DNA of 64,000 nt, from positions 7,028,101-7,092,100 of the forward strand of contig NC_092677.1 in the NCBI RefSeq assembly GCF_964355755.1. Reading direction: 5' to 3'. Within the stretch, counting starts at the first letter, position 1; the number at the start of each line of letters is the position of its first letter. The notes under the pieces are model-generated. The model saw nothing but the letters and a program-made list of their open reading frames with translations, did no database searches and was not told the DNA's origin. A program made the position numbers and the translations under genes. Positions 25,901 to 37,736 of the stretch are shown here, in pieces. Origin of the DNA: Antedon mediterranea. Taxonomy: Eukaryota; Animalia; Echinodermata.

Positions 25901-28900
25901 AACCCACGCCTCCATTCGGAGACCAGAATACCCTTTTGCCTGAATAGTTGCAAGGTTGAACCTTGAGTCTGGCGCCTTAGACCGCTCGGCCATCCTGACA
26001 ACTGATAGATGGACGAGTTGCAAATAAATTTAATTATGTTTTGAATATACAGTGGTCTCAATTTATAGACTAAAATTTGATGAGTGAAGATATAAAGTAC
26101 GAAAACTTAATTTTAGAAACTCTGTCAGAAGTGGGATTCAAACCTACGCCTCCATTAGGAGACCAGAATATCCTTTTTTCTGAAAAATGGCAAGGTTAAA
26201 CCTTGAGTCTGGCGCCTTAGACCGCTCGACCATCCTGGCAACTGATAGATGGACGAGTTGCAAATAAACTTAATTACATTTTGAATATACAGTGGTTTGA
26301 AATTATAGACAAAAATTTGATGAGTGGAGATATAAGGTACGAGAACTTAATTTTAAAAAGTCTGTCAGAAGTGGAATTCGAACCCACGCCTCCATTCGGA
26401 GACCAGAATACCCTTTTACCTGAATAGTGGCAAGGTTGAACCTTGAGTCTGGCGCCTTAGACCGCTCGGCCATCCTGACAACTGATATCTGAACGAGTTG
26501 CAAATAAACTTAATTATATTTTGAATATACAGTGGTCTAAAATTATAGACTAAAATTTGATGAGTGAAGATATAAATTACGAAAACTTAATTTTAGAAAG
26601 TCTGTCAGAAGTGGGATTCAAACCTACGCCTCCATTAGGAGACCAGAATATCCTTTTTTCTGAAAAATGGCAAGGTTAAACCTTGAGTCTGGCGCCTTAG
26701 ACCGCTCGACCATCCTGGCAACTGATAGATGGACGAGTTGCAAATAAACTTAATTACATTTTGAATATACAGTGGTTTGAAATTATAGACTAACATTTGA
26801 TGAGTGAAGATATAAAGTAGGAAAACTTAATTTTAAAAAGTCTGTCAGAAGTGGTATTCAAACCCACCCCTCCATTCGGAGACCAGAATACCCTTTTGCC
26901 TGAATAGTGGCGAGGTTGAACCTTGAGTCTGCCGCCTTAGACCATCCTGACAACTGATAGCTGAACGAGTTGCAAATAAACTTCATTATATTTTGAATAT
27001 ACAGTGGTCTCAAATTATAGACTAACCTTTTTTATGAGTGAAGATATGAAAACTTAATTTTAAAAAGTCTGTCAGAAGTGGGATTCGAACCCACGCCTCC
27101 ATTCGGAGACCAGAATACCCTTTTGCCTGAATAGTGGCAAGGTTGAACCTTGAGTCTGGCGCCTTAGACCGCTCGGCCATCCTGACAACTGATAGATGGA
27201 CGAGTTGCAAATAAATTAAATTATGTTTTGAATATACAGTGGTCTCAATTTATAGACCAAAATTTGATGAGTGGAGATATAAAGTACGAAAACTTAATTT
27301 TAGAAAGTCTGTCAGAAGTGGGATTCGAACCCACGCCTCCATTCGGAGACCAGAATACCCGTTTGCCTGAATAGTGGCAAGGTTAAACCTTGAGTCTGGC
27401 GCCTTAGACCGCTCGACCATCCTGACAACTGATAGCTGAACGAGTTGCAAATAAACTTCATTATATTTTGAATATACAGTGGTCTCAAATTATAGACTAA
27501 CCTTTTTTATGAGTGAAGATATGAAAACTTAATTTTAAAAAGTCTGTCAGAAGTGGGATTCGAACCCACGCCTCCATTCGGAGACCAGAATACCCTTTTG
27601 CCTGAATAGTTGCAAGGTTGAACCTTGAGTCTGGCGCCTTAGACCGCTCGGCCATCCTGACAACTGATAGATGGATGAGTTGCAAATAAATTTAATTATG
27701 TTTTGAATATACAGTGGTCTCAATTTATAGACTAAAATTTGATGAGTGAAGATATAAAGTACGAAAACTTAATTTTAGAAACTCTGTCAGAAGTGGGATT
27801 CAAACCTACGCCTCCATTAGGAGACCAGAATATCCTTTTTTCTGAAAAATGGCAAGGTTAAACCTTGAGTCTGGCGCCTTAGACCGCTCGACCATCCTGG
27901 CAACTGATAGATGGACGAGTTGCAAATAAACTTAATTACATTTTGAATATACAGTGGTTTGAAATTATAGACAAAAATTTGATGAGTGGAGATATAAGGT
28001 ACGAGAACTTAATTTTAAAAAGTCTGTCAGAAGTGGAATTCGAACCCACGCCTCCATTCGGAGACCAGAATACCCTTTTACCTGAATAGTGGCAAGGTTG
28101 AACCTTGAGTCTGGCGCCTTAGACCGCTCGGCCATCCTGACAACTGATATCTGAACGAGTTGCAAATAAACTTAATTATATTTTGAATATACAGTGGTCT
28201 AAAATTATAGACTAAAATTTGATGAGTGAAGATATAAATTACGAAAACTTAATTTTAGAAAGTCTGTCAGAAGTGGGATTCAAACCTACGCCTCCATTAG
28301 GAGACCAGAATATCCTTTTTTCTGAAAAATGGCAAGGTTAAACCTTGAGTCTGGCGCCTTAGACCGCTCGACCATCCTGGCAACTGATAGATGGACGAGT
28401 TGCAAATAAACTTAATTACATTTTGAATATACAGTGGTTTGAAATTATAGACTAACATTTGATGAGTGAAGATATAAAGTAGGAAAACTTAATTTTAAAA
28501 AGTCTGTCAGAAGTGGTATTCAAACCCACCCCTCCATTCGGAGACCAGAATACCCTTTTGCCTGAATAGTGGCGAGGTTGAACCTTGAGTCTGCCGCCTT
28601 AGACCATCCTGACAACTGATAGCTGAACGAGTTGCAAATAAACTTCATTATATTTTGAATATACAGTGGTCTCAAATTATAGACTAACCTTTTTTATGAG
28701 TGAAGATATGAAAACTTAATTTTAAAAAGTCTGTCAGAAGTGGGATTCGAACCCACGCCTCCATTCGGAGACCAGAATACCCTTTTGCCTGAATAGTTGC
28801 AAGGTTGAACCTTGAGTCTGGCGCCTTAGACCGCTCGGCCATCCTGACAACTGATAGATGGATGAGTTGCAAATAAATTTAATTATGTTTTGAATATACA

Positions 28901-31900
28901 GTGGTCTCAATTTATAGACTAAAATTTGATGAGTGAAGATATAAAGTACGAAAACTTAATTTTAGAAACTCTGTCAGAAGTGGGATTCAAACCTACGCCT
29001 CCATTAGGAGACCAGAATATCCTTTTTTCTGAAAAATGGCAAGGTTAAACCTTGAGTCTGGCGCCTTAGACCGCTCGACCATCCTGGCAACTGATAGATG
29101 GACGAGTTGCAAATAAACTTAATTACATTTTGAATATACAGTGGTTTGAAATTATAGACAAAAATTTGATGAGTGGAGATATAAGGTACGAGAACTTAAT
29201 TTTAAAAAGTCTGTCAGAAGTGGAATTCGAACCCACGCCTCCATTCGGAGACCAGAATACCCTTTTACCTGAATAGTGGCAAGGTTGAACCTTGAGTCTG
29301 GCGCCTTAGACCGCTCGGCCATCCTGACAACTGATATCTGAACGAGTTGCAAATAAACTTAATTATATTTTGAATATACAGTGGTCTAAAATTATAGACT
29401 AAAATTTGATGAGTGAAGATATAAATTACGAAAACTTAATTTAAAAAAGCCTGTCAGAAGTGGGATTCGAACCCACGCCTCCATTCGGAGACCAGAATAT
29501 CCTTTTTTCTGAAAAATGGCAAGGTTAAACCTTGAGTCTGGCGCCTTAGACCGCTCGACCATCCTGGCAACTGATAGATGGACGAGTTGCAAATAAACTT
29601 AATTACATTTTGAATATACAGTGGTTTGAAATTATAGACTAACATTTGATGAGTGAAGATATAAAGTAGGAAAACTTAATTTTAAAAAGTCTGTCAGAAG
29701 TGGTATTCAAACCCACCCCTCCATTCGGAGACCAGAATACCCTTTTGCCTGAATAGTGGCGAGGTTGAACCTTGAGTCTGCCGCCTTAGACCATCCTGAC
29801 AACTGATAGCTGAACGAGTTGCAAATAAACTTCATTATATTTTGAATATACAGTGGTCTCAAATTATAGACTAACCTTTTTTATGAGTGAAGATATGAAA
29901 ACTTAATTTTAAAAAGTCTGTCAGAAGTGGGATTCGAACCCACGCCTCCATTCGGAGACCAGAATACCCTTTTGCCTGAATAGTGGCAAGGTTGAACCTT
30001 GAGTCTGGCGCCTTAGACCGCTCGGCCATCCTGACAACTGATAGATGGACGAGTTGCAAATAAATTTAATTATGTTTTGAATATACAGTGGTCTCAATTT
30101 ATAGACCAAAATTTGATGAGTGGAGATATAAAGTACGAAAACTTAATTTTAGAAAGTCTGTCAGAAGTGGGATTCGAACCCACGCCTCCATTCGGAGACC
30201 AGAATACCCGTTTGCCTGAATAGTGGCAAGGTTAAACCTTGAGTCTGGCGCCTTAGACCGCTCGACCATCCTGACAACTGATATCTGAATGAGTTGCAAA
30301 TAAACTTAATTACATTTTGAATATACACAGTGGTCTGAAATTATAGACAAAAATTTGATGAGTGAAGATATAAAGTACAAAAACTTAATTTTAAAAAGTC
30401 TGTCAGAAGTGGGATTCGAACCCACGCCTCCATTCGGAGACCAGAATACCCTTTTGCCTGAATAGTGGCAAGGTTGAACCTTGAGTCTGGCGCCTTAGAC
30501 CGCTCGGCCATCCTGACAACTGATATCTGAACGAGTTGCAAATAAATTTAATTATATTTTGAATATACAGTGGTCTAAAATTATAGACTAAAATTTGATG
30601 AGTGAAGATATAAGGTACGAAAACTTAATTTAAAAAAGCCTGTCAGAAGTGGGATTCGAACCCACGCCTCCATTCGGAGACCAGAATACCCTTTTGCCTG
30701 AATAGTGGCAAGGTTGAACCTTGAGTCTGGCGCCTTAGACCGCTCGGCCATCCTGACAACTGATAGATGGACGAGTTGCAAATAAACTTAATTATATTTT
30801 GAATATACAGTGGTCTAAAATTATAGACTAAAATTTGATGAGTGGAGATATAAAGTACGAAAACTTAATTTTAAAAAGTCTGTCAGAAGTGGGATTCGAA
30901 CCCACGCCTCCATTCGGAGACCAGAATACCCTTTTGCCTGAATAGTGGCAAGGTTGAACCTTGAGTCTGGCGCCTTAGACCGCTCGGCCATCCTGACAAC
31001 TGATAGATGCACGAGTTGCAAATAAACTTAATTATATTTGGAATATACAGTGGTCTCAAATTATAGACTAACATTTGATGAGTGAAGATATAAAGTACAA
31101 AATCTTAAGTTTAAAAAGTCTGTCAGAAGTGGGATTCGAACCCACGCCTCCATTCAAAGACCAGAATACCCTTTTGCCTGAATAGTGGCAAGGTTGAACC
31201 TTGAGTCTGGCGCCTTAGACCGCTCGGCCATCCTGACAACTGATATCTGAACGAGTTGCAAATAAATTTAATTATATTTTGAATATACAGTGGTCTAAAA
31301 TTATAGACTAAAATTTGATGAGTGAAGATATAAAGTACGAAAACTTAATTTAAAAAAGCCTGTCAGAAGTGGGATTCGAACCCACGCCTCCATTCGGAGA
31401 CCAGAATACCCTTTTGCCTGAATAGTGGCAAGGTTGAACCTTGAGTCTGCCGCCTTAGACCATCCTGACAACTGATAGCTGAACGAGTTGCAAATAAACT
31501 TCATTATATTTTGAATATACAGTGGTCTCAAATTATAGACTAACCTTTTTTATGAGTGAAGATATGAAAACTTAATTTTAAAAAGTCTGTCAGAAGTGGG
31601 ATTCGAACCCACGCCTCCATTCGGAGACCAGAATACCCTTTTGCCTGAATAGTGGCAAGGTTGAACCTTGAATCTGGCGCCTTAGACCGCTCGGCCATCC
31701 TGACAACTGATAGATGGACGAGTTGCAAATAAATTTAATTATGTTTTGAATATACAGTGGTCTCAATATATAGACTAAAATTTGATAAGTGGAGATATAA
31801 AGTACGAAAACTTAATTTTAGAAAGTCTGTCAGAAGTGGGATAAGAACCCACGCCTCCAGTCGGAGACCAGAATACCCGTTTGCCTGAATAGTGGCAAGG

Positions 31901-34900
31901 TTAAACCTTGAGTCTGGCGCCTTAGACCGCTCGACCATCCTGACAACTGATATCTGAATGAGTTGCAAATAAACTTAATTACATTTTGAATATACACAGT
32001 GGTCTGAAATTATAGACAAAAATTTGATGAGTGAAGATATAAAGTACAAAAACTTAATTTTAAAAAGTCTGTCAGAAGTGGGATTCGAACCCACGCCTCC
32101 ATTCGGAGACCAGAATACCCTTTAGCCTGAATAGTGGCAAGGTTGAACCTTGAGTCTGGCGCCTTAGACCGCTCGGCCATCCTGACAACTGATATCTGAA
32201 CGAGTTGCAAATAAATTTAATTATATTTTGAATATACAGTGGTCTAAAATTATAGACTAAAATTTGATGACTGAAGATATAAAGTACGAAAACTTAATTT
32301 AAAAAAGCCTGTCAGAAGTGGGATTCGAACCCACGCCTCCATTCGGAGACCAGAATACCCTTTTGCCTGAATAGTGGCAAGGTTGAACCTTGAGTCTGGC
32401 GCCTTAGACCGCTCGGCCATCCTGACAACTGATAGATGGACGAGTTGCAAATAAACTTAATTATATATTGAATATACAGTGGTCTAAAATTATAGACTAA
32501 AATTTGATGAGTGGAGATATAAAGTACGAAAACTTAATTTTAGAAAGTCTGTCAGAAGTGGGATTCGAACTCACGCCTCCATTCGGAGACCAGAATACCC
32601 TTTTACCTGAATAGTGGCAAGGTTGAACCTTGAGTCTGGCGCCTTAGACCGCTCGGCCATCCTGACAACTGATAGATGGACTAGTTGCAAATAAACTTAA
32701 TTATATTTTGAATATACAGTGGTCTCAAATTATAGACTAAAATTTGATGAGTGAAGATATAAAGTACGAAAACTTAATTTTAAAAAGTCTGTCAGAAGTG
32801 GGATTCGAACCCACGCCTCCATTCGGAGACCAGAATACCCTTTTGCCTGAATAGTGGCAAGGTTGAACCTTGAGTCTGGCGCCTTAGACCGCTTGGCCAT
32901 CCTGACAACTGATAGATGCACGAGTTGCAAATAAACTTAATTATATTTGGAATATACAGTGGTCTCAAATTATAGACTAACATTTGATGAGTGAAAATAT
33001 AAAGTACAAAAACTTAAGTTTAAAAAGTCTGTCAGAAGTGGGATTCGAACCCACGCCTCCATTCGGAGACCAGAATACCCTTTTGCCTGAATAGTGGCAA
33101 GGTTGAACCTTGAGTCTGGCGCCTTAGACCGCTCGGCCATCCTGACAACTGATATCTGAACGAGTTGCAAATAAATTTAATTATATTTTGAATATACAGT
33201 GGTCTAAAATTATAGACTAAAATTTGATGACTGAAGATATAAAGTACGAAAACTTAATTTAAAAAAGCCTGTCAGAAGTGGGATTCGAACCCACGCCTCC
33301 ATTCGGAGACCAGAATACCCTTTTGCCTGAATAGTGGCAAGGTTGAACCTTGAGTCTGGCGCCTTAGACCGCTCGGCCATCCTGACAACTGATAGATGGA
33401 CGAGTTGCAAATAAACTTAATTATATATTGAATATACAGTGGTCTAAAATTATAGACTAAAATTTGATAAGTGGAGATATAAAGTACGAAAACTTAATTT
33501 TAGAAAGTCTGTCAGAAGTGGGATTCGAACTCACGCCTCCATTCGGAGACCAGAATACCCTTTTACCTGAATAGTGGCAAGGTTGAACCTTGAGTCTGGC
33601 GCCTTAGACCGCTCGGCCATCCTGACAACTGATAGATGGACTAGTTGCAAATAAACTTAATTATATTTTGAATATACAGTGGTCTCAAATTATAGACTAA
33701 AATTTGATGAGTGAAGATATAAAGTACGAAAACTTAATTTTAGAAAGTCTGTCAGAAGTGGGATTCGAACCCACGTCTCCATTAGGAGACCAGAATATCC
33801 TTTTTTCTAAAAAATGGCAAGGTTAACCCCTGAGTCTGGCGCCTTAGACCGCTCGGCCATCCTGACAACTGATAGAGGGAAGAGTTGCAAATAAACTTAA
33901 TTACATTTTGAATATACAGTGGTTTGAAATTATAGACTAACGTTTGATGAGTGAAGATATAAAGTAGAAAAACTTAATTTTAAAAAGTCTGTCAGAAGTG
34001 GGATTCAAACCCACCCCTCCATTCGGTGACCAGAATACCCTTTTGCCTGAATAGTGGCAAGGTTGAACCTTGAGTCTGCCGCCTTAGACCATCCTGACAA
34101 CTGATAGCTGAACGAGTTGCAAATAAACTTAATTATATTTTGAATATACAGTGGTCTCAAATTATAGACTAACCTTTTTTATGAGTGAAGATATGAAGTA
34201 CGAAAACTTAATTTTAAAAAGTCTGTCAGAAGTGGGATTCGAACCCATGCCTCCATTCGGAGACCAGAATACCCTTTTACCTGAATAGTGGCAAGGTTGA
34301 ACCTTGAGTCTGGCGCCTTAGACCGCTCGGCCATCCTGAAAACTGATATCTGAATGAGTTGCAAATAAACTTAATTACATTTTGAATATACAGTGGTCGG
34401 AAATTATAGACTAAAATTTGATGAGTTAAGATATAAGGTACAAAATCTTAATTTTAAAAAGTCTGTCAGAAGTGGGATTCGAACCCACGCCTCCATTCGG
34501 AGACCAGAATACCCTTTTGCCTGAATAGTGGCAAGGTTGAACCTTGAGTCTGGCGCCTTAGACCGCTCGGCCATCCTGACAACTGATAGATGCACGAGTT
34601 GCAAATAAACTTAATTATGTTTTGAATATACAGTGGTCTCAAATTATAGACTAAAATTTGATGAGTGAAGATATAAAGTACGAAAACTTAATTTTAAAAA
34701 GTCTGTCAGAAGTGGGATTCGAACCCACGCCTCCATTCGAAGACCAGAATACCCTTTTGCCTGAATAGTGGCAAGGTTCAACCTTGAGTCTGGCGCCTTA
34801 GACCGCTCGGCCATCCTGACAACTGATAGATGCACGAGTTGCAAATAAACTTAATTATATTTGGAATATACAGTGGTCTCAAATTATAGACTAACATTTG

Positions 34901-37224
34901 ATGAGTGAAGATATAAAGTACAAAAACTTAAGTTTAAAAAGTCTGTCAGAAGTGGGATTCGAACCCACGCCTCCATTCGGAGACCAGAAAACCCGTTTGC
35001 CTGAATAGTGGCAAGGTTAAACCTTGAGTCTGGCGCCTTAGACCGCTCGGCCATCCTGACAACTGATATGTGAATGAGTTGCAAATAAACTTAATGACAT
35101 TTTGAATATACAGTGGTCTCAAATTATAGACTAAAATTTGATGAGTGAAGATATAAAGTACGAAAACTTAATTTTAAAAAGTCTGTCAGAAGTGGGATTC
35201 GAACCCACGCCTCCATTCGGAGACCAGAATACCCTTTACCTGAATAGTGGCAAGGTTGAACCTTGAGTCTGGCGCCTTAGACCGCTCGGCCATCCTGACA
35301 ACTGATATCTGAATGAGTTGCAAATAAACTTAATTACATTTTGAATATACAGTGGTCTCAAATTATAGACTAAAATTTGATGAGTGAAGATATAAAGTAC
35401 GAAAACTTAATTTTAAAAAGTCTGTCAGAAGTGGGATTCGAACCCACGCCTCCATTCGGAGACCAGAACACCCTTTTACCTGAATAGTGGCAAGGTTGAA
35501 CCTTGAGTCTGGCCCCTTAGACCGCTCGGCCATCCTGACCACTGATAGATGCACGAGTTGCAAATAAACTTAATTATATTTGGAATATACAGTGGTCTCA
35601 AATTATAGACTAACATTTGATGAGTGAAGATATAAAGTACAACAACTTAAGTTTAAAAAGTCTGTCAGAAGTGGGATTCGAACCCACGCCTCCATTCGGA
35701 GACCAGAATACCCTTTTGCCTGAATAGTAGCAAGGTTGAACAACCTTGAGTCTGGCGCCTTAGACCACTCGGCCATCCTGACAACTGATAGATGGATGAG
35801 TTGCAAATAAACTTAATTATGTTTTGAATATAAAGTGGTCTCAATTTATAGACTACAATTTTGATGAGTGAAGATATAAAGTACGAATACTTAATTTTAG
35901 AAAGTCTGTCAGAAGTGGGATTCGAACCCACGCCTCCATTCGGAGACCAGAATACCCGTTTGCCTGAATAGTGGCAAGGTTAAACCTTGAGTCTGGCACC
36001 TTAGACCGCTCGGCCATCCTGACAACTGATATATGAATGAGTTGCAAATAAACTTAATGACATTTTGAATATACAGTGGTCTCAAATTATAGACTAAAAT
36101 TTGATGAGTGAAGATATAAAGTACGAAAACTTAATTTTAAAAAGTCTGTCAGAAGTGGGATTCGAACCCACGCCTCCATTCGGAGACCAGAATACCCTTT
36201 ACCTGAATAGTGGCAAGGTTGAACCTTGAGTCTGGCGCCTTAGACCGCTCGGCCATCCTGACAACTGATATCTCAATGAGTTGCAAATAAACTTAATTAC
36301 ATTTTGAATATACAGTGATCTCAAATTATAGACTAAAATTTGATGAGTGAAGATATAAAGTACGAAAACTTAATTTTAAAAAGTCTGTCAGAAGTGGGAT
36401 TCGAACCCACGCCTCCATTCGGAGACCAGAATACCCTTTTACCTGAATAGTGGCAAGGTTGAACCTTGAGTCTGGCGCCTTAGACCGCTCGGCCTACCTG
36501 ACAACTGATATCTGAATGAGTTGCAAATAAATTTAATTACATTTTGAATATACAGTGGTCTCAAATTATAGACTAAAATTTGATGAGTGGAGATATAAGG
36601 TACGAAAACTTAATTTTAAAAAGTCTGTCAGAACTGGGATTCGTACCCACGCCTCCATTCGGAGACCAAAATACCCTTTTGCCTGAATAGTGGCAAGGTT
36701 GAACTTTGAGTCTGGCGGCTTAGACCGCTCGGCCATCCTGACAACTGATAGATGGACGAGTTGCAAATAAACTTAATTATGTTTTGAATATACAGTGGTC
36801 TCAAATTATAGACTAAAATTTGATGAGTGGAGATATAAAGTACGAAAACTTAATTTTAGAACGTCTGTCAGAAGTGGGATTCGAACCCACGCCTCCATTC
36901 GGAGACCAGAATACCCGTTTGCCTGAATAGTGGCAAGGTTGAACCTTGGGTCTGGCGCCTTAGACCGCTCGGCCATCCTGACAACTGATAGCTAAACGAG
37001 TTGCAAATAAACTTAGTTATATTTTGAATATACAGTGGTCTCAAATTATAGACTAACCTTTTTTATGAGTGAAGATATGAAGTACGAAAACTTAATTTTA
37101 AAAAGTCTGTCAGAAGTGGGATTCGAACCCACGCCTCCATTCGGAGACCAGAATACTCTTTTGCCTGAATAGTAGCAAGGTTGAACCTTGAGTCTGGCGC
37201 CTTAGACCGCTCGGCCATCCTGAC
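16871..37224 (-). tRNA. tRNA-Leu-CAA: Tandem array of ~86 intron-containing tRNA-Leu(CAA) genes and pseudogenes, unit 227-244 bp (mostly 240)
   Basis: Each unit on the minus strand reads GTCAGGATGGCCGAGCGGTCTAAGGCGCCAGACTCAAG + 33-nt intron + TTCTGGTCTCCGAATGGAGGCGTGGGTTCGAATCCCACTTCTGACA, followed by a T-run terminator. I counted 86 TGTCAGA starts by eye from 16871 to 37108; roughly 60 look intact. Confidence 0.97.
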
Positions 37225-37376
37225 AACTGATAGAAGAATGTGTTGCAAATAAACTTAATTATATTTTGATTATACCAGGGAGTACAACTCCCTGATTATA
37301 CAGTGGTCTCAAATTATAGACTAACTTTTGATGATGAGTAAAAAAAACCGGTACGAAAAAGTAATAAGGAGAATTT

Positions 37377-37430
37377 GTAAGAAGTAAGATTCGAACCCAC
37401 GTCTCCTTTTACTAAATAGTGGAAATGTCG
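37377..37430 (-). pseudogene. Degenerate tRNA-Leu fragment at right array edge
   Basis: TGTAAGAAGTAAGATTCGAACCCACGTCTCC at the expected unit spacing, with an internal deletion. Confidence 0.7.
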
Positions 37431-37736
37431 TCGGTTGTTCTTCGTTACATCCAGTTAAATTCTTTATATTCAGTGATGACCAATGACACAATTACCAGTT
37501 GCAAATAAATACCAGCTGTATTTTCTGTCAAAGGTTAAGTCTCAAGTTATGCATGAAATAAGTATGCGGGCAGGTGGTAAAGTTAGCGCGTGTGCGTCAT
37601 TGGTGCGTTGGAGTTCTTTCAGATAAATTCTAAATGCAAAGGAAATTACGTTGATCTTGGTTACTGGGGTTAGCAGCTGTGTGCTATATGAAAATAGTGT
37701 ATCACTTTAATATAATATAGGGTAGTAATACACATC

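Noticed and set aside
16871-37224. CRISPR-like repeat-spacer appearance
   Set aside because: The spacers are homologous to each other, the repeat is a tRNA, the DNA is eukaryotic and no cas genes are present.
11116-37224. Functional enzyme-substrate cluster of ADAT1 with the adjacent tRNA array
   Set aside because: ADAT1 edits A37 of tRNA-Ala, whereas these are tRNA-Leu with G37. Adjacency alone is not evidence, and ancestral linkage explains the protein-gene neighbourhood.
16721-37248. Dozens of 60-96-aa ORFs (MQLV..RMAERSKAPDSR..) on the minus strand
   Set aside because: They are translations through the tRNA-Leu units and mostly start at TTG; the tRNA structure explains the conservation.
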